Origin: Planctomycetota bacterium
Lineage (GTDB): Bacteria > Planctomycetota > UBA1135
Assembly: GCA_045047305.1 (NCBI GenBank)
Contig: JASFYO010000001.1
Span: forward strand, 1-47,531
Direction: 5' to 3'
Length of the DNA stretch: 47,531 nucleotides
Shown: piece after piece, positions 30,965 through 41,145 of the stretch
How positions within the stretch are numbered: position 1 is the stretch's first letter
How the letters are laid out: the number at the start of each line of letters is the position of its first letter
Notes under the pieces: generated by a model
Told to the model about the DNA's origin: nothing
Database searches by the model: none
The model's input: the letters and a program-made list of their open reading frames with translations, nothing else
Program-made: the position numbers and the translations under genes

Positions 30965-33276
30965 TGTCTCGTTTCCCCCGTATCGCACTTACCGTTCTCA
31001 GCCTCGCCTTGGTGCTTTGGTTGGTAAATAAGGATCTAGGCAAAACCAATCCTGGAGAGATCAGTGCGGTGCATGCCGGAGTGACCACATTCCTAGGTGA
31101 TCCGGATTGCGCCGCCTGCCACGGAGAGGGAGATGACAACAAGAGCCTCGCTCGTGCGTGTTTGGAGTGCCATGCCCCTATTGCGAAACAGCGGGAGCAA
31201 CAGACCGGCTTGCATGGCGTCTTGAGCAACGAACAAAGTAATGATTGCGGTAGCTGTCATAGTGATCATCATGGTCTCGATTTCGTGCTTGCTGGGGATT
31301 TAGCCTTTACCCTCGCCGGCTTTCAAGGCATCGAGGGCTTTGATCATTCCACTTTAAATTTTACTCTCAAGGAAAAACACTTAGAGCTAAGCTGCGATGC
31401 CTGCCATAAAGAATCCGCGACCAAAGTTATCGCCAAAGGGCACTCCCGGTTCTTGGATTTAGAGTCCACTTGTACCGCATGCCATGAAGATACGCATAAA
31501 GGAGAAATGGGCAATGATTGTGCTTCTTGCCATGGACAAAGTTTTCCGTTTGAAGAAGTGTCCACCTTTGACCACCTTGCGGAATTCCCCTTACAGGATG
31601 TGCATGATCGTTTGTCATGCAGCGCTTGCCATGCAGCGAGCGGAGAAACGTCGATCCCGGCGGAGCAAAAGCAGGCTCTAGCGACACGGGACTGCATCGC
31701 ATGCCATGAATCGCCACACATGGCTGATATCTCGGTGACTACCGACGACTGCATTTCTTGCCACGGACTGGATCAAGGTAGTTTCATGTCGGCGCAAGAC
31801 CGCTTCACCGAAGAGCAGCATGCGCAGTGTGGTTTTTTGCTCACCAACCCGCACCAAGACATCAGTTGCAACCAGTGCCATGACTCGCAACTGGAAAGTT
31901 ATAGCGCTCGCTTCCCAGGACGCCCGGCCGACCGTTGCGCTGAGTGTCACACCGATCCGCACTTAGATCAGTTCCTGCAGACCTCCGAAGATTTCACCGA
32001 TTGCTTGCGCTGTCACAGTCGCGAGGCATTCCTCCCCTCCTTATTCGATGCAAAGCAACATGAGCAAACGGCGTTCCCACTAGAAGGAGAACACCTCAAT
32101 ACCGAGTGCGCAGATTGTCATCAGCCTAGTCCCGAATTCGCGAACGAGGAAAACCCCTTCGTCAAATACAGCAATGCTGAGACTACGTGCTCCAAATGCC
32201 ACGATGACCCCCATAGTGGAAGTTTCGCGGCGACGGCTGCCCGACTGGACCTCGACGATGATTGTGCTGCATGCCATAGCCCGATTGCCTTTTCCCCTAC
32301 CACGGAACCGTTTGACCATGGACTCTGGACCGGCTTCGCCTTGCAAGAGGCTCACGACAAGGCTGAATGTTCGGTTTGCCACCTTCCCTTAGAGAACCGT
32401 ACGCCAGACGGCCGCAGCTTTGCGCCTGTGGATGAGTTGTTCCAGAAACACGATGTTTGCGCTGATTGCCATAAGGACCCACACGATGGCAGTTTTGATT
32501 TAGCCGCATATCCGCAATCTATCGAAGGGCGCACCAGCTGCGCACGATGCCACGACCAAACCGACTTCTCTGCAGTCGATGCGCGCACTTTTGATCATGC
32601 TCTGTGGACGGGCTTCCCACTGCTTGGCGCCCACGGACAAAGTCGTTGCGTGGATTGTCATGGTGAGGCGCAAGCCAACCAACTTGGTGCGGGAAATCTT
32701 GGACGGGTGCAATCCGTATTCCCTAGATTCCGCTCTGGCCAAAAGTCCAACCGCTGCGATGCTTGCCACCAAAATCCACACGGGCGTAATTTTCAGCCGC
32801 CCCGTGTACCTGCGGTCTTGCGCGGCGAAACCAGCTGCGCACGCTGCCACACCGAGGAATCCTTCCGCGTTCAAACCCAGAACTTCGACCACAATCGTTT
32901 CACGCTCTTCCCCTTGGAAGGTGTACACGCGCGCACGGAATGCAGTTCTTGCCACTTACCTTCGCCTCGGGCACGCGCCGATGGCAGAAGCTTCCTGCCT
33001 GCAGCAGGGCGTGAATGCGTGAGCTGTCATGCAGATCCACACGCAGGTCAATTTCGTAATCGCAAAAGCTGTACCGATTGCCATGGTGTGCAAGGCTCGT
33101 TCCAAAACAACCTGCGCTTCCAACACGCGACCGATAGCCGGTTCCAACTCGATGAAACCCATGCGGACCTTGACTGCGTGGCCTGCCATCGGGCTTATCC
33201 CTTACCCAACGGCGGCCAAGTCACGCGCTACCTTCCGCTTGGGACCGAATGCAGTGACTGCCATAGTTTCCGATGA
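30964..33276 (+). CDS. Multiheme cytochrome c, 26 CxxCH, probably periplasmic
   Basis: N-terminal hydrophobic signal/anchor; 26 CxxCH counted by hand, arranged as triheme repeats (FDH..FPL.G.H / DPH.G.F). Confidence 0.93.
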   Translation: MSRFPRIALTVLSLALVLWLVNKDLGKTNPGEISAVHAGVTTFLGDPDCAACHGEGDDNKSLARACLECHAPIAKQREQQTGLHGVLSNEQSNDCGSCHSDHHGLDFVLAGDLAFTLAGFQGIEGFDHSTLNFTLKEKHLELSCDACHKESATKVIAKGHSRFLDLESTCTACHEDTHKGEMGNDCASCHGQSFPFEEVSTFDHLAEFPLQDVHDRLSCSACHAASGETSIPAEQKQALATRDCIACHESPHMADISVTTDDCISCHGLDQGSFMSAQDRFTEEQHAQCGFLLTNPHQDISCNQCHDSQLESYSARFPGRPADRCAECHTDPHLDQFLQTSEDFTDCLRCHSREAFLPSLFDAKQHEQTAFPLEGEHLNTECADCHQPSPEFANEENPFVKYSNAETTCSKCHDDPHSGSFAATAARLDLDDDCAACHSPIAFSPTTEPFDHGLWTGFALQEAHDKAECSVCHLPLENRTPDGRSFAPVDELFQKHDVCADCHKDPHDGSFDLAAYPQSIEGRTSCARCHDQTDFSAVDARTFDHALWTGFPLLGAHGQSRCVDCHGEAQANQLGAGNLGRVQSVFPRFRSGQKSNRCDACHQNPHGRNFQPPRVPAVLRGETSCARCHTEESFRVQTQNFDHNRFTLFPLEGVHARTECSSCHLPSPRARADGRSFLPAAGRECVSCHADPHAGQFRNRKSCTDCHGVQGSFQNNLRFQHATDSRFQLDETHADLDCVACHRAYPLPNGGQVTRYLPLGTECSDCHSFR

Positions 33277-34919
33277 ATCCATCCCTCTACCTTCTCGCTC
33301 TTCTTTTTCCCTGCGCAACGGAACTACCAGCGCAACAAAGCAACCAAGGTCAGCCCCTTGATGCGCGCGTCATTGCGGTGGACCAAACACGGGTAGAGAT
33401 TGACCGTGGGCTTGCCGATGGTCTACGCCAGGGAGATCGCGTGCGCTTTCTTCCGCCGACTGGTGCCGTAATTGAAGGCTCCGTGTTTGAGCTGACCGAC
33501 CGCACGTCTGCGATTTTTTTGAAGGAGGTAAGTGGCAGCATCGATGTCGGAACGCGGGCGGAAGCATTTCCATCGGTGCTCAAGTCGGGGCAACAGAAAA
33601 CCGCAGAAAGCGGGGTCGAGCATCCACCATGGGAGAATGAAATCAATCAGTGGCCGGCAGGGAAACACCTGCTCGCGCCGATGTCAGGGTTGAAACCGGA
33701 AGAAAGGGCAATGACCATCAGTGGTCGACTTTATGCCGCATCCGACCTAGTCAATGATGGCGAACGGAATAATAGTTCGAGCTGGTCGCGACTCGGAGCC
33801 GATGTGCATTTAGGGAACTTACTGGGGTATGGAGGTGATTTCCATATCGATGTGGAATACAACCAATCGCAGTTCAAACCATCTGGCGGCGCCTCGCAAA
33901 CCGATAGTCAACTCCGCATTGACCGCATCTCCTACGCCCGCGGTGGTGATCGACATCGTGCCCTGCAATGGCAAATCGGCCGCTTTTTGCAATCGGGATT
34001 CCCAGAGTTTGGAGTGATCGACGGCGCCGAAGCCAACTACCGCTTCCAAGGCGGGCAGCGCATGGGTGCTAGCTATGGTTTCCTCCCTATCCTGTATGGC
34101 AATTTTGGAACCACACAAGATTCTCAGTTTGCCTTGCACTATCAAGCGCAAAACGAAAGTGGTTCCGCATCCTTTGGTGCGGGCATTCAAAAAACTTGGC
34201 ATGACTCCGCGGCCGACCGCGATTTACTCGTACTGAAGGCCAACACACGCTCGACTAACGGCATGTATTTCTACGCTAATGCCTGGTTTGATCTTTACGA
34301 TGGCACCGACAACTTCAAAAATGGTTCCGAGCTCACCCGCGCCACGGCAAGCGGCGGATACCGTTCTCGTGAAGGCAACGGATGGTCCGCCAACGCAACT
34401 CTATTCCGCTTTCCTCAGTTATTGCAGACTCAAGTATTTAGCGTAGATCCTGGCGCTCTCATCTATACTCAAAATGAAACTAGGCGACTTAGCGTCGACC
34501 TGTTCCGTAGTTTCCAAAAGAACCTTCGTGGGAGTGCACGCATCAGTTACTGGGGAGACCAAGACGATAGTGGCATGGGCGGTGAGTTACGCTGCAGTGT
34601 CCGCGATTTGCTCATGGACGGAAGTCAACTGGGCGGTTCCCTCTTCCTCGACCAGGGGCGCTTCACCGATTCCACAGGAATCCGCCTCAACGCAGGATTT
34701 CCAACCCCAGGTGGCCGCCTACGCCTCCTGTGGGAAACTGGAGATTATCAGAACAACTCATTCTCCACGCCAAACGCTGATTTGCTACAACACCGGCTAC
34801 GCGGTTCCTGGGACGTCAGCCTTTCCGACTCCTGGAGCCTCTCCCTTTACTTAGAACAACGCGCTGGCGACCAACAAGATTCGCAAGCTGCTGGATTTTA
34901 CCTACAGAAGGTGCTTTAG
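33273..34919 (+). CDS. Putative outer-membrane beta-barrel (porin) of a porin-cytochrome complex
   Basis: Signal peptide, alternating amphipathic beta-strands rich in G/S/aromatics, C-terminal GFYLQKVL; sits between two multiheme cytochromes. Confidence 0.72.
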   Translation: MNPSLYLLALLFPCATELPAQQSNQGQPLDARVIAVDQTRVEIDRGLADGLRQGDRVRFLPPTGAVIEGSVFELTDRTSAIFLKEVSGSIDVGTRAEAFPSVLKSGQQKTAESGVEHPPWENEINQWPAGKHLLAPMSGLKPEERAMTISGRLYAASDLVNDGERNNSSSWSRLGADVHLGNLLGYGGDFHIDVEYNQSQFKPSGGASQTDSQLRIDRISYARGGDRHRALQWQIGRFLQSGFPEFGVIDGAEANYRFQGGQRMGASYGFLPILYGNFGTTQDSQFALHYQAQNESGSASFGAGIQKTWHDSAADRDLLVLKANTRSTNGMYFYANAWFDLYDGTDNFKNGSELTRATASGGYRSREGNGWSANATLFRFPQLLQTQVFSVDPGALIYTQNETRRLSVDLFRSFQKNLRGSARISYWGDQDDSGMGGELRCSVRDLLMDGSQLGGSLFLDQGRFTDSTGIRLNAGFPTPGGRLRLLWETGDYQNNSFSTPNADLLQHRLRGSWDVSLSDSWSLSLYLEQRAGDQQDSQAAGFYLQKVL

Positions 34920-34930
34920 GAATTTCGAAC

Positions 34931-36274
34931 ATGACCACAACCCCTCGTCGCCTCAAGGCTCTTTGGCCACTCCTCGCGCCCTTGCTGATTTTTATTGCAG
35001 CTTGCAGCACCTACACTGCGCAACAAGATTGGTGGTCTGGCAACGGACCCGTGATTCCGCATGATAACTTTCCGGCAAAGTGCTCTCTTTGTCACGACGG
35101 CAGCGCTTGGAACAAAGTCCGTAGCGATTTTGAATTCGACCACGAAGCGGAAACGGGTGTCGCTCTTTCCGGTTCTCACCAGAATGCGCAATGTCTCCGT
35201 TGCCATAATGACCGCGGGCCAGTCGCTGAGTTTGCATCCATGGGCTGCGCTGGCTGCCACGAAGATGTCCACCTGGGGAAACTTGGCCAAGAATGCACCG
35301 ACTGTCACGGAGAGCTCAACTGGGCACCTCAAGGACAGATTGCCGAGCATTCACGTTATGGCTTTGCTCTAGTTGGAGCCCACGCCGCAACATCTTGTTT
35401 CCGTTGTCACGAGGGCTTTGAGGCCGGGGTTTTCACTCCAACCGACAGCTCCTGTGAATCCTGCCATGAAGCACCTAGCGGAACCGTTGGCGGTGGCTTC
35501 GATCACTTGGCGCAGGGTTTAGTCAACGACTGTCAACGATGCCACAGTCCCACTAACTTTAAGGCGGCGGGTTTTGACCACGCCCAATTCCCATTAACTG
35601 GGCGTCACACGACTTTAAATTGTTCCGACTGTCACACCGACGCTGGATTCCTTGGACTCAGCGCTGATTGTTTCAGCTGTCACTCTACAGAATTCCTCGG
35701 CACCACCAATCCGAATCACGTGGTTGAGAACTTCCCGATGACTTGTCAAAACTGTCACGGCACCAACACTTGGTCCGGAGCGACTTTCAACCACGCTCAA
35801 ATTTCTAGCAACTGTAGCAACTGCCATATGCCGGAGTACCTAGCCACTACCAGCCCAGACCATAACGCGCTTGGCTTTTCCATTCGCTGTGAAGATTGCC
35901 ACGGAACCAACATGTGGCAAGGGGCTAGCTTTGACCACCAGGGGATTACCACGAACTGTGCAGATTGTCACTTGCCTGCGTACAACAGCACAACCAATCC
36001 CGACCATGTGAGCGCAGGATTCCCTACCACTTGCGAGAATTGCCACACCAATACCAATAACTGGAACAATGCAAACTTTAACCATGACTTCCCGATTACT
36101 TCTGGGAAGCATAGCGGATTTGATTGCGCCGATTGCCATATCAACGGTTTTGGATCCTTCTCGTGCACGGTATGCCACAGCGCCGGTGCTACTAACGGGA
36201 AACACGATGGCGTTTCAGGATATGCCTATAACACTGCTGCTTGCTATAGCTGCCACCCCAGTGGCCGCGAATAA
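34931..36274 (+). CDS. Multiheme cytochrome c lipoprotein, 17 CxxCH
   Basis: Lipobox-like LIFIAA-C; 17 CxxCH counted by hand; TTNPxH..GF..C..CH.T..W repeats. Confidence 0.9.
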   Translation: MTTTPRRLKALWPLLAPLLIFIAACSTYTAQQDWWSGNGPVIPHDNFPAKCSLCHDGSAWNKVRSDFEFDHEAETGVALSGSHQNAQCLRCHNDRGPVAEFASMGCAGCHEDVHLGKLGQECTDCHGELNWAPQGQIAEHSRYGFALVGAHAATSCFRCHEGFEAGVFTPTDSSCESCHEAPSGTVGGGFDHLAQGLVNDCQRCHSPTNFKAAGFDHAQFPLTGRHTTLNCSDCHTDAGFLGLSADCFSCHSTEFLGTTNPNHVVENFPMTCQNCHGTNTWSGATFNHAQISSNCSNCHMPEYLATTSPDHNALGFSIRCEDCHGTNMWQGASFDHQGITTNCADCHLPAYNSTTNPDHVSAGFPTTCENCHTNTNNWNNANFNHDFPITSGKHSGFDCADCHINGFGSFSCTVCHSAGATNGKHDGVSGYAYNTAACYSCHPSGRE

Positions 36275-36303
36275 CTAGCCAGCAGCATGAAAGCCGGTTC
36301 GAC

Positions 36304-36340
36304 GGCCTGCGCCTGGTTCCTCGGAACTAAGCGCAGGGCC
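36304..36340. terminator. Hairpin between convergent genes, possible bidirectional terminator
   Basis: GGCC-TGCGC-CTGGTTCC...GGAACTAA-GCGCA-GGGCC inverted repeat; no U-tract. Confidence 0.4.
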
Positions 36341-36350
36341 GCGTACCGCG

Positions 36351-38072
36351 CTACTGCAACTCGGTAATCCCCATCGAGCTTAGGGTAAGGATTCGTTCTG
36401 CGCTACCAACAGGATTGAGAATAAGCGCCTTGGAGTACAGCACCTTGCCAAAGAGAGATGGGTGCGCGGGAATGGCTGCGGATACGGAGCCTTTCCCGTT
36501 CTGGTCCAAGGTTCCGCTCAGCATCTGACTGCTCATGGTGTAATTCATGATCGGCGATTGATCCAAGAACAGCCTCCACGGACCGACCTCGACTCCCCCG
36601 TAAGGGTCAAACTCGGTCGACAGCACCACCACGAAATCTTTGTTGACGCCAGCAGGTACGGCGATATCGAAATCAAGATTGCCGCTACTTAAGGCATGTA
36701 CTTCTGGCACAAACAAGGTGCGCATACCGACGATGGCGAGTTGAGTGCTAGGGTTTGGGTTACTTCCGTTCACTGACCACCCTGGGGAGCGCTCCCAATC
36801 AAAAAACGGAATGCCTATTTCTTCTAGGCCGTCACCGTCGACATCGCCGAGACGCATGGGGAAGCGAGCGTCATTAAACTCCCCTGGGCTAGGTGACCAA
36901 GGAGCCAAGCTTGTCGATAAAGGAAAGCTACCAAGGAAAGTGCCATCGCTGGCAGCGTAATGGGCAAAGGCAATGATGCCTCCTGCGCCAGAAAATCGGA
37001 CATTGTGGTACATCACGAATTCCGCCTGGCTCAGGTTATTTTGATTGACTTGGAAACCCCGCCAGAAAGTCAGAGAGAAAACGTCATCTCCGGCATATTG
37101 GCTTTCTAAACTTGAGATAGAAGTAACCCACAGCTCCGCTCCATTAGTCCCATCCAAAGCACGGTGACTGGTATTGGGACTTGAACCCTCAAGGAAAACC
37201 GGATCAGGAATCCCATCTCCTGAAAGGTCTACTCCATAACCAATATATGCCAACATTCCTTGAGGTCCATCTTCACGCCAAATGGTTGAACCATCTTGCC
37301 CAGAACAAGCAACATAAGAGTGAGATCTAACCCCTAAAATTAGGTGGGTTATGGAGATTAAAAAGTCAGGAAACCCATCCCCGTCAACGTCCGGTAAAGG
37401 GCCGGGTTTGGCAAAATAGGGCACGCCCTCAAATCCCCCATCACCTTCGACGTGTTGCCAAAGGACCGTTAAGGTCGCTCCATCATAAAGCCCGTAATAA
37501 ATATAACCGTTCCCAGCACTGCTACTGCTACTCCAAAAAAAATCTTCGTATCCATCTCCATTCTGGTCACCTGCGGGAAAAAGGGCGCGCGCACCGAGGA
37601 TGTCTGGAATCGGCGGTGGAAAACTAGGGGGCTGGGCGACCAAGCCAAGCCATTGCCCTGTTTCCCAATTGAATGAGTTCAACCCAGCATTTGAGCTAAA
37701 ATCGACTCGATTCACGATAGCTTGAAACCCCCAAGGTGTTTTCAAAAGAGCCCATTGCCCTGTAGAGAATCCAAAGCTATTATTCCGATCAAAAAATTTC
37801 TTGGAAGGAACTCCATAAGGCTCAGAATAATGCGCAAAGTAGCCTTCTGCAGTAAGGCCCGAGAATAACTCCGGGCTAAACTGTCCGCGAATCATCGTAT
37901 CGACCACACCATTTTGGTCAGAATCACCAAAAGTTTGAGCTTCAAACCATTCGAATTTGTACCGTGGGTCCTTAAGAACGGGTGGCCGGATTTCTCGAAT
38001 TACGTATTCCCGTGGAGCCTGAAATTGCTCCACAGCAAATCCAGAAAACACTATCAACACTGAGAGAATCAT
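36351..38072 (-). CDS. Secreted FG-GAP/VCBS-repeat protein with conserved C-terminal domain (cassette 2, gene 2)
   Basis: Signal peptide; GDSDQNG, GDQNGDGYED, DVDGDGFPD, DLSGDGIPD, GDVDGDGLEE; paralog of 16431-18185. Confidence 0.8.
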   Translation of the reverse strand: MILSVLIVFSGFAVEQFQAPREYVIREIRPPVLKDPRYKFEWFEAQTFGDSDQNGVVDTMIRGQFSPELFSGLTAEGYFAHYSEPYGVPSKKFFDRNNSFGFSTGQWALLKTPWGFQAIVNRVDFSSNAGLNSFNWETGQWLGLVAQPPSFPPPIPDILGARALFPAGDQNGDGYEDFFWSSSSSAGNGYIYYGLYDGATLTVLWQHVEGDGGFEGVPYFAKPGPLPDVDGDGFPDFLISITHLILGVRSHSYVACSGQDGSTIWREDGPQGMLAYIGYGVDLSGDGIPDPVFLEGSSPNTSHRALDGTNGAELWVTSISSLESQYAGDDVFSLTFWRGFQVNQNNLSQAEFVMYHNVRFSGAGGIIAFAHYAASDGTFLGSFPLSTSLAPWSPSPGEFNDARFPMRLGDVDGDGLEEIGIPFFDWERSPGWSVNGSNPNPSTQLAIVGMRTLFVPEVHALSSGNLDFDIAVPAGVNKDFVVVLSTEFDPYGGVEVGPWRLFLDQSPIMNYTMSSQMLSGTLDQNGKGSVSAAIPAHPSLFGKVLYSKALILNPVGSAERILTLSSMGITELQ

Positions 38073-40331
38073 TGGTCCACCTCGTCGGCACCTTTGTCTC
38101 GGTCGCCGGATGCTGCCCCCGGCCTCTGCTCATTGCCGTGATCAACACCGGTTTCAAGAGCAACGACATTAAAATAAAATGGCGTAAAGTCAATAATTTC
38201 ATCCTGGGATAGCGGAGCAAGAATCTTAAACTGCCCAGGCAGAGTACTTGCTAAATTGAATCCACCCACCACACCCACGAATGTAATATTCGTTTGAAGA
38301 GACATCCGAGGATTTGATGCACCCGGGGGGCCCCAAAAACCATTACCCCGAGTACCGGCAAAACCAACAATGTCAGCATCAAGATCGACTACTCCATCAT
38401 CCAACGCAGAGTTAGCCATATCAACAAGCACCGGCCCCAAATCAGGACCAAGCCCTGTATTCGGATCCCTTACTAGAGTCGTGTTCCAAATGTTGGTGCG
38501 GTACTGGAGAGCAACAGGACCAGGTTCGTCCCACTCATAAATCGCGCGGGGGGTGCTGGACAAACCATTTTGATCGTCAATCTCCAGCGACCAGTCAAAT
38601 CCGGGCCCTCCATTGCCGACCAAGGTGTTGTGCGCGATAGGCACCAAAAAGAAACCTTTATCAAAACCGCTTTCTAGCCATTGTCCGCGGATGCCACCCT
38701 CCGGGTTATTCCAAATGAAGTTGTTGGATAACAGGATGGAAACACCTGCCGGAATGGTGTCCGGCTCTCCGGGGACAATCCCTGAATCGCCGATGGCTCG
38801 AATCTTGACCCCAGACATTCCATTGTTGCTAATCGAACAGCGGTTCACTCGCCCTTGACCGTTTGGCACCGTAAAGCCCCTGCCATCGTCATCGATGTTG
38901 AATGCCCCTGCAGGATCTTGGTGAATCGTTCCCCAATAAATCCTGGCTGAAAGCCCTCGTTGCGAAGGTAAACTCCATTCGCACCATTGTTATGGATCTC
39001 TGATTTGGTGATGCCAACATACAGGCCTTGCGGAGCTATCTGCAGAATATCGGGTAGGTTCACGATTAGGTTTCCTCCAGTATTCGCATAGACGCCATTC
39101 CCTAAATTATCCGAGAAGTTACATCCTGCCGCTTGAAGTCCCAAGTAGGACTCTAAGGCAAAAACGTGCACACCGGAGTTTTCCGTTTCCACGGTTGCAC
39201 CAAACCCTGTGTTGGTCACACTCGTCCCGCCAAGAAGATTGATATTCCCACGTGAATGGTTGAAGGCGGAACCGTAAATTCCATCTGTGCGGAAGTTCGA
39301 AATCGATGTTCCTGCCATAGAGACTGTATAGCCGCACTGATAGTCATGAGGGTTTGATGCCGTACCACCACCTTGAGACTCCGCGTAAGCAGCGATATCC
39401 CAGCCTCCACTTCCAGGAGATGCCAAATCTCCACCACGCCAAGCTCCGCCAAGGATATCCACGTTTACGGTTGGAATAGGAATTGGAACATAACTCGTTG
39501 GTGCATTTCCATATTCACGCAAGTTTTCAAATCCCTCTACAAAGACATGGACCAGTTTCGTGGTTGGAATCATTAGGTCATTAAATCCAACTCTCGGATC
39601 TGCAGGTGCCATCACCGCAAAGTCTCCAACCACGGCCAGGTCTTCAATGCGGCCAATCGTTGTGCTCGGGAGCAAGCCTGCTGAGGAACCTCTCGCAACA
39701 AACTCAAATCCGGTGCTTGGGGCGCGCAAAATTGGAGGATCTGCCGACGTCGTAATCGTGGAATCTGCAATCGTGCAATTTTGTACTCCAAAGCGAATCG
39801 TCGCACCCCCTTCCGCGTTAGCAATGGTGGCGATAGTCTGCCCTGAGAACCGGCAATTCTTAATTAAGACATCGAGTTCACTAAATGCTGCCAGTGATCT
39901 AGCCTCCACCGCGACAGCTCCGCCCATCATAGAAATGCCGGTGAAACGAGTGAGGGCTGGCCCCGTAAGCGAGAAATCTAACTCAAAAAGATTCAGGCCT
40001 ATCCCACCAACAGCATCCCAAACATAGACTGGAACGCTTCCCGATTGTCGGATCGTAATCCCTGGAGGCACTCCGATTGGAAAGATTTCGGCTGTCTGCG
40101 GGCTTCCCGTAAGTGGGCGTTGCGAGTACCCCAGTGGATTTCCATTGGGGTCTGACATGCCGATTACATCGATGACAGTGTCGTTTGGCCCTAGAGCCGC
40201 AATCCCGTCTGTGATGCTTAAACTAGCACCGGGAGTATTGCCTGAGCCATCAACCACAACTTGAGCTGTAGCAGGAGAGCTAATAAGCCCTACGAATAGG
40301 ACAAGAGCGTAGAGCGTAGAGCGTAATACAT
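38069..40331 (-). pseudogene. DUF1565-like beta-helix protein with two frameshifts (cassette 2, gene 1); phase-OFF allele or pseudogene
   Basis: ORFs 38845-40257 and 38069-38869 are consecutive parts of one paralog of 18182-20508 (ESYLG/ESYMG, NNFIWNNPEGG/NCYIWSNPGGG, HNTLVGNG/HSTLVGNG, DRDKG). An extra G at 38931-38934 restores IGGT (paralog VGGT). Signal peptide from ATG 40331 is out of frame through 3x TACGCTC. Confidence 0.8.
40305..40325. repeat. 7-bp tandem repeat x3 (GAGCGTA on +, TACGCTC on the coding strand)
   Basis: Three perfect copies directly after ATG TAT of the cassette 2 gene. Confidence 0.9.
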
Positions 40332-40387
40332 AATCAAACCGTAGCGAATAATGCCTTGTGAAACAGGAAAACTCTGGATTCTTTCAG

Positions 40388-41095
40388 CTAGCGCGAAACG
40401 CCAGAAGGGGAATCCATGTTCCAGCTAGCTAACTGATAGAACGGAGCCAGGCGCTCTAGGTCGGCAACGACGCCGTCGGCAAAGTCTTCACCGGCTTCAA
40501 TGACTGCTGCTTTAGGCATACGCGCCACAATCTCAATTTGGCTTTGACCGGGCTGCACCACGCCAGCAAAGTCGCGCCAATCGCGGGCACTGAACTTTTC
40601 CAGCGGACGCGCACCGCCACGGTCTAACTCAAAAGTAAACCCAGGAGCTGCAGCACATGCAGCAGCCAACTCTTCCTGGCCGTCGCCCTCTTCCGCACGT
40701 TTGACCAACACATTCAAGTCGTACCACGCGCTCTCATCGATGCGCAGTCCCCACCAACAAGCATCCTTATCGATACAAATCTGGAAGTGCACATTGTTGC
40801 GCGCCGAATCCAAATCCTTGCCTAACTCTTTGCCGAGAAACGACTGCAACTTCTTGCGCGCCTGCTTATCACGAAACAACATGGTGCGCTGACGCACTAC
40901 CCTCTTGCGGTTGGTGTTGTGCGGATGATGCAAACTCTCGCGCCGCTCCAAACCCAAATCCATGCCGGCATAAGCTTGCTTCAAGCTGTCGCCCATCGCT
41001 TGCAGGCGGTGACGCACATCCAAGCGGCGCTGGTTCCACTCCACATCTCCTTGGAAGCGGGGCTCAAAAAGTTCAAAGTCGGCGGGGAAGAACAT
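40388..41095 (-). CDS. Hypothetical protein, weak resemblance to DUF1054/YktB
   Basis: Start ATG 41095; F..ADFE.F...R..VR.RL.A.G N-terminus and L.PFY C-terminus. Confidence 0.6.
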   Translation of the reverse strand: MFFPADFELFEPRFQGDVEWNQRRLDVRHRLQAMGDSLKQAYAGMDLGLERRESLHHPHNTNRKRVVRQRTMLFRDKQARKKLQSFLGKELGKDLDSARNNVHFQICIDKDACWWGLRIDESAWYDLNVLVKRAEEGDGQEELAAACAAAPGFTFELDRGGARPLEKFSARDWRDFAGVVQPGQSQIEIVARMPKAAVIEAGEDFADGVVADLERLAPFYQLASWNMDSPSGVSR

Positions 41096-41145
41096 GGCGG
41101 CGATAGGATAAAGCAAACCGTGGGCTGTGTCATTCCACGGATGCT

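Noticed and set aside
30964..36274. Repeated sequence units in the cytochrome genes
   Set aside because: Protein-level heme-module repeats, not CRISPR or DNA-level arrays
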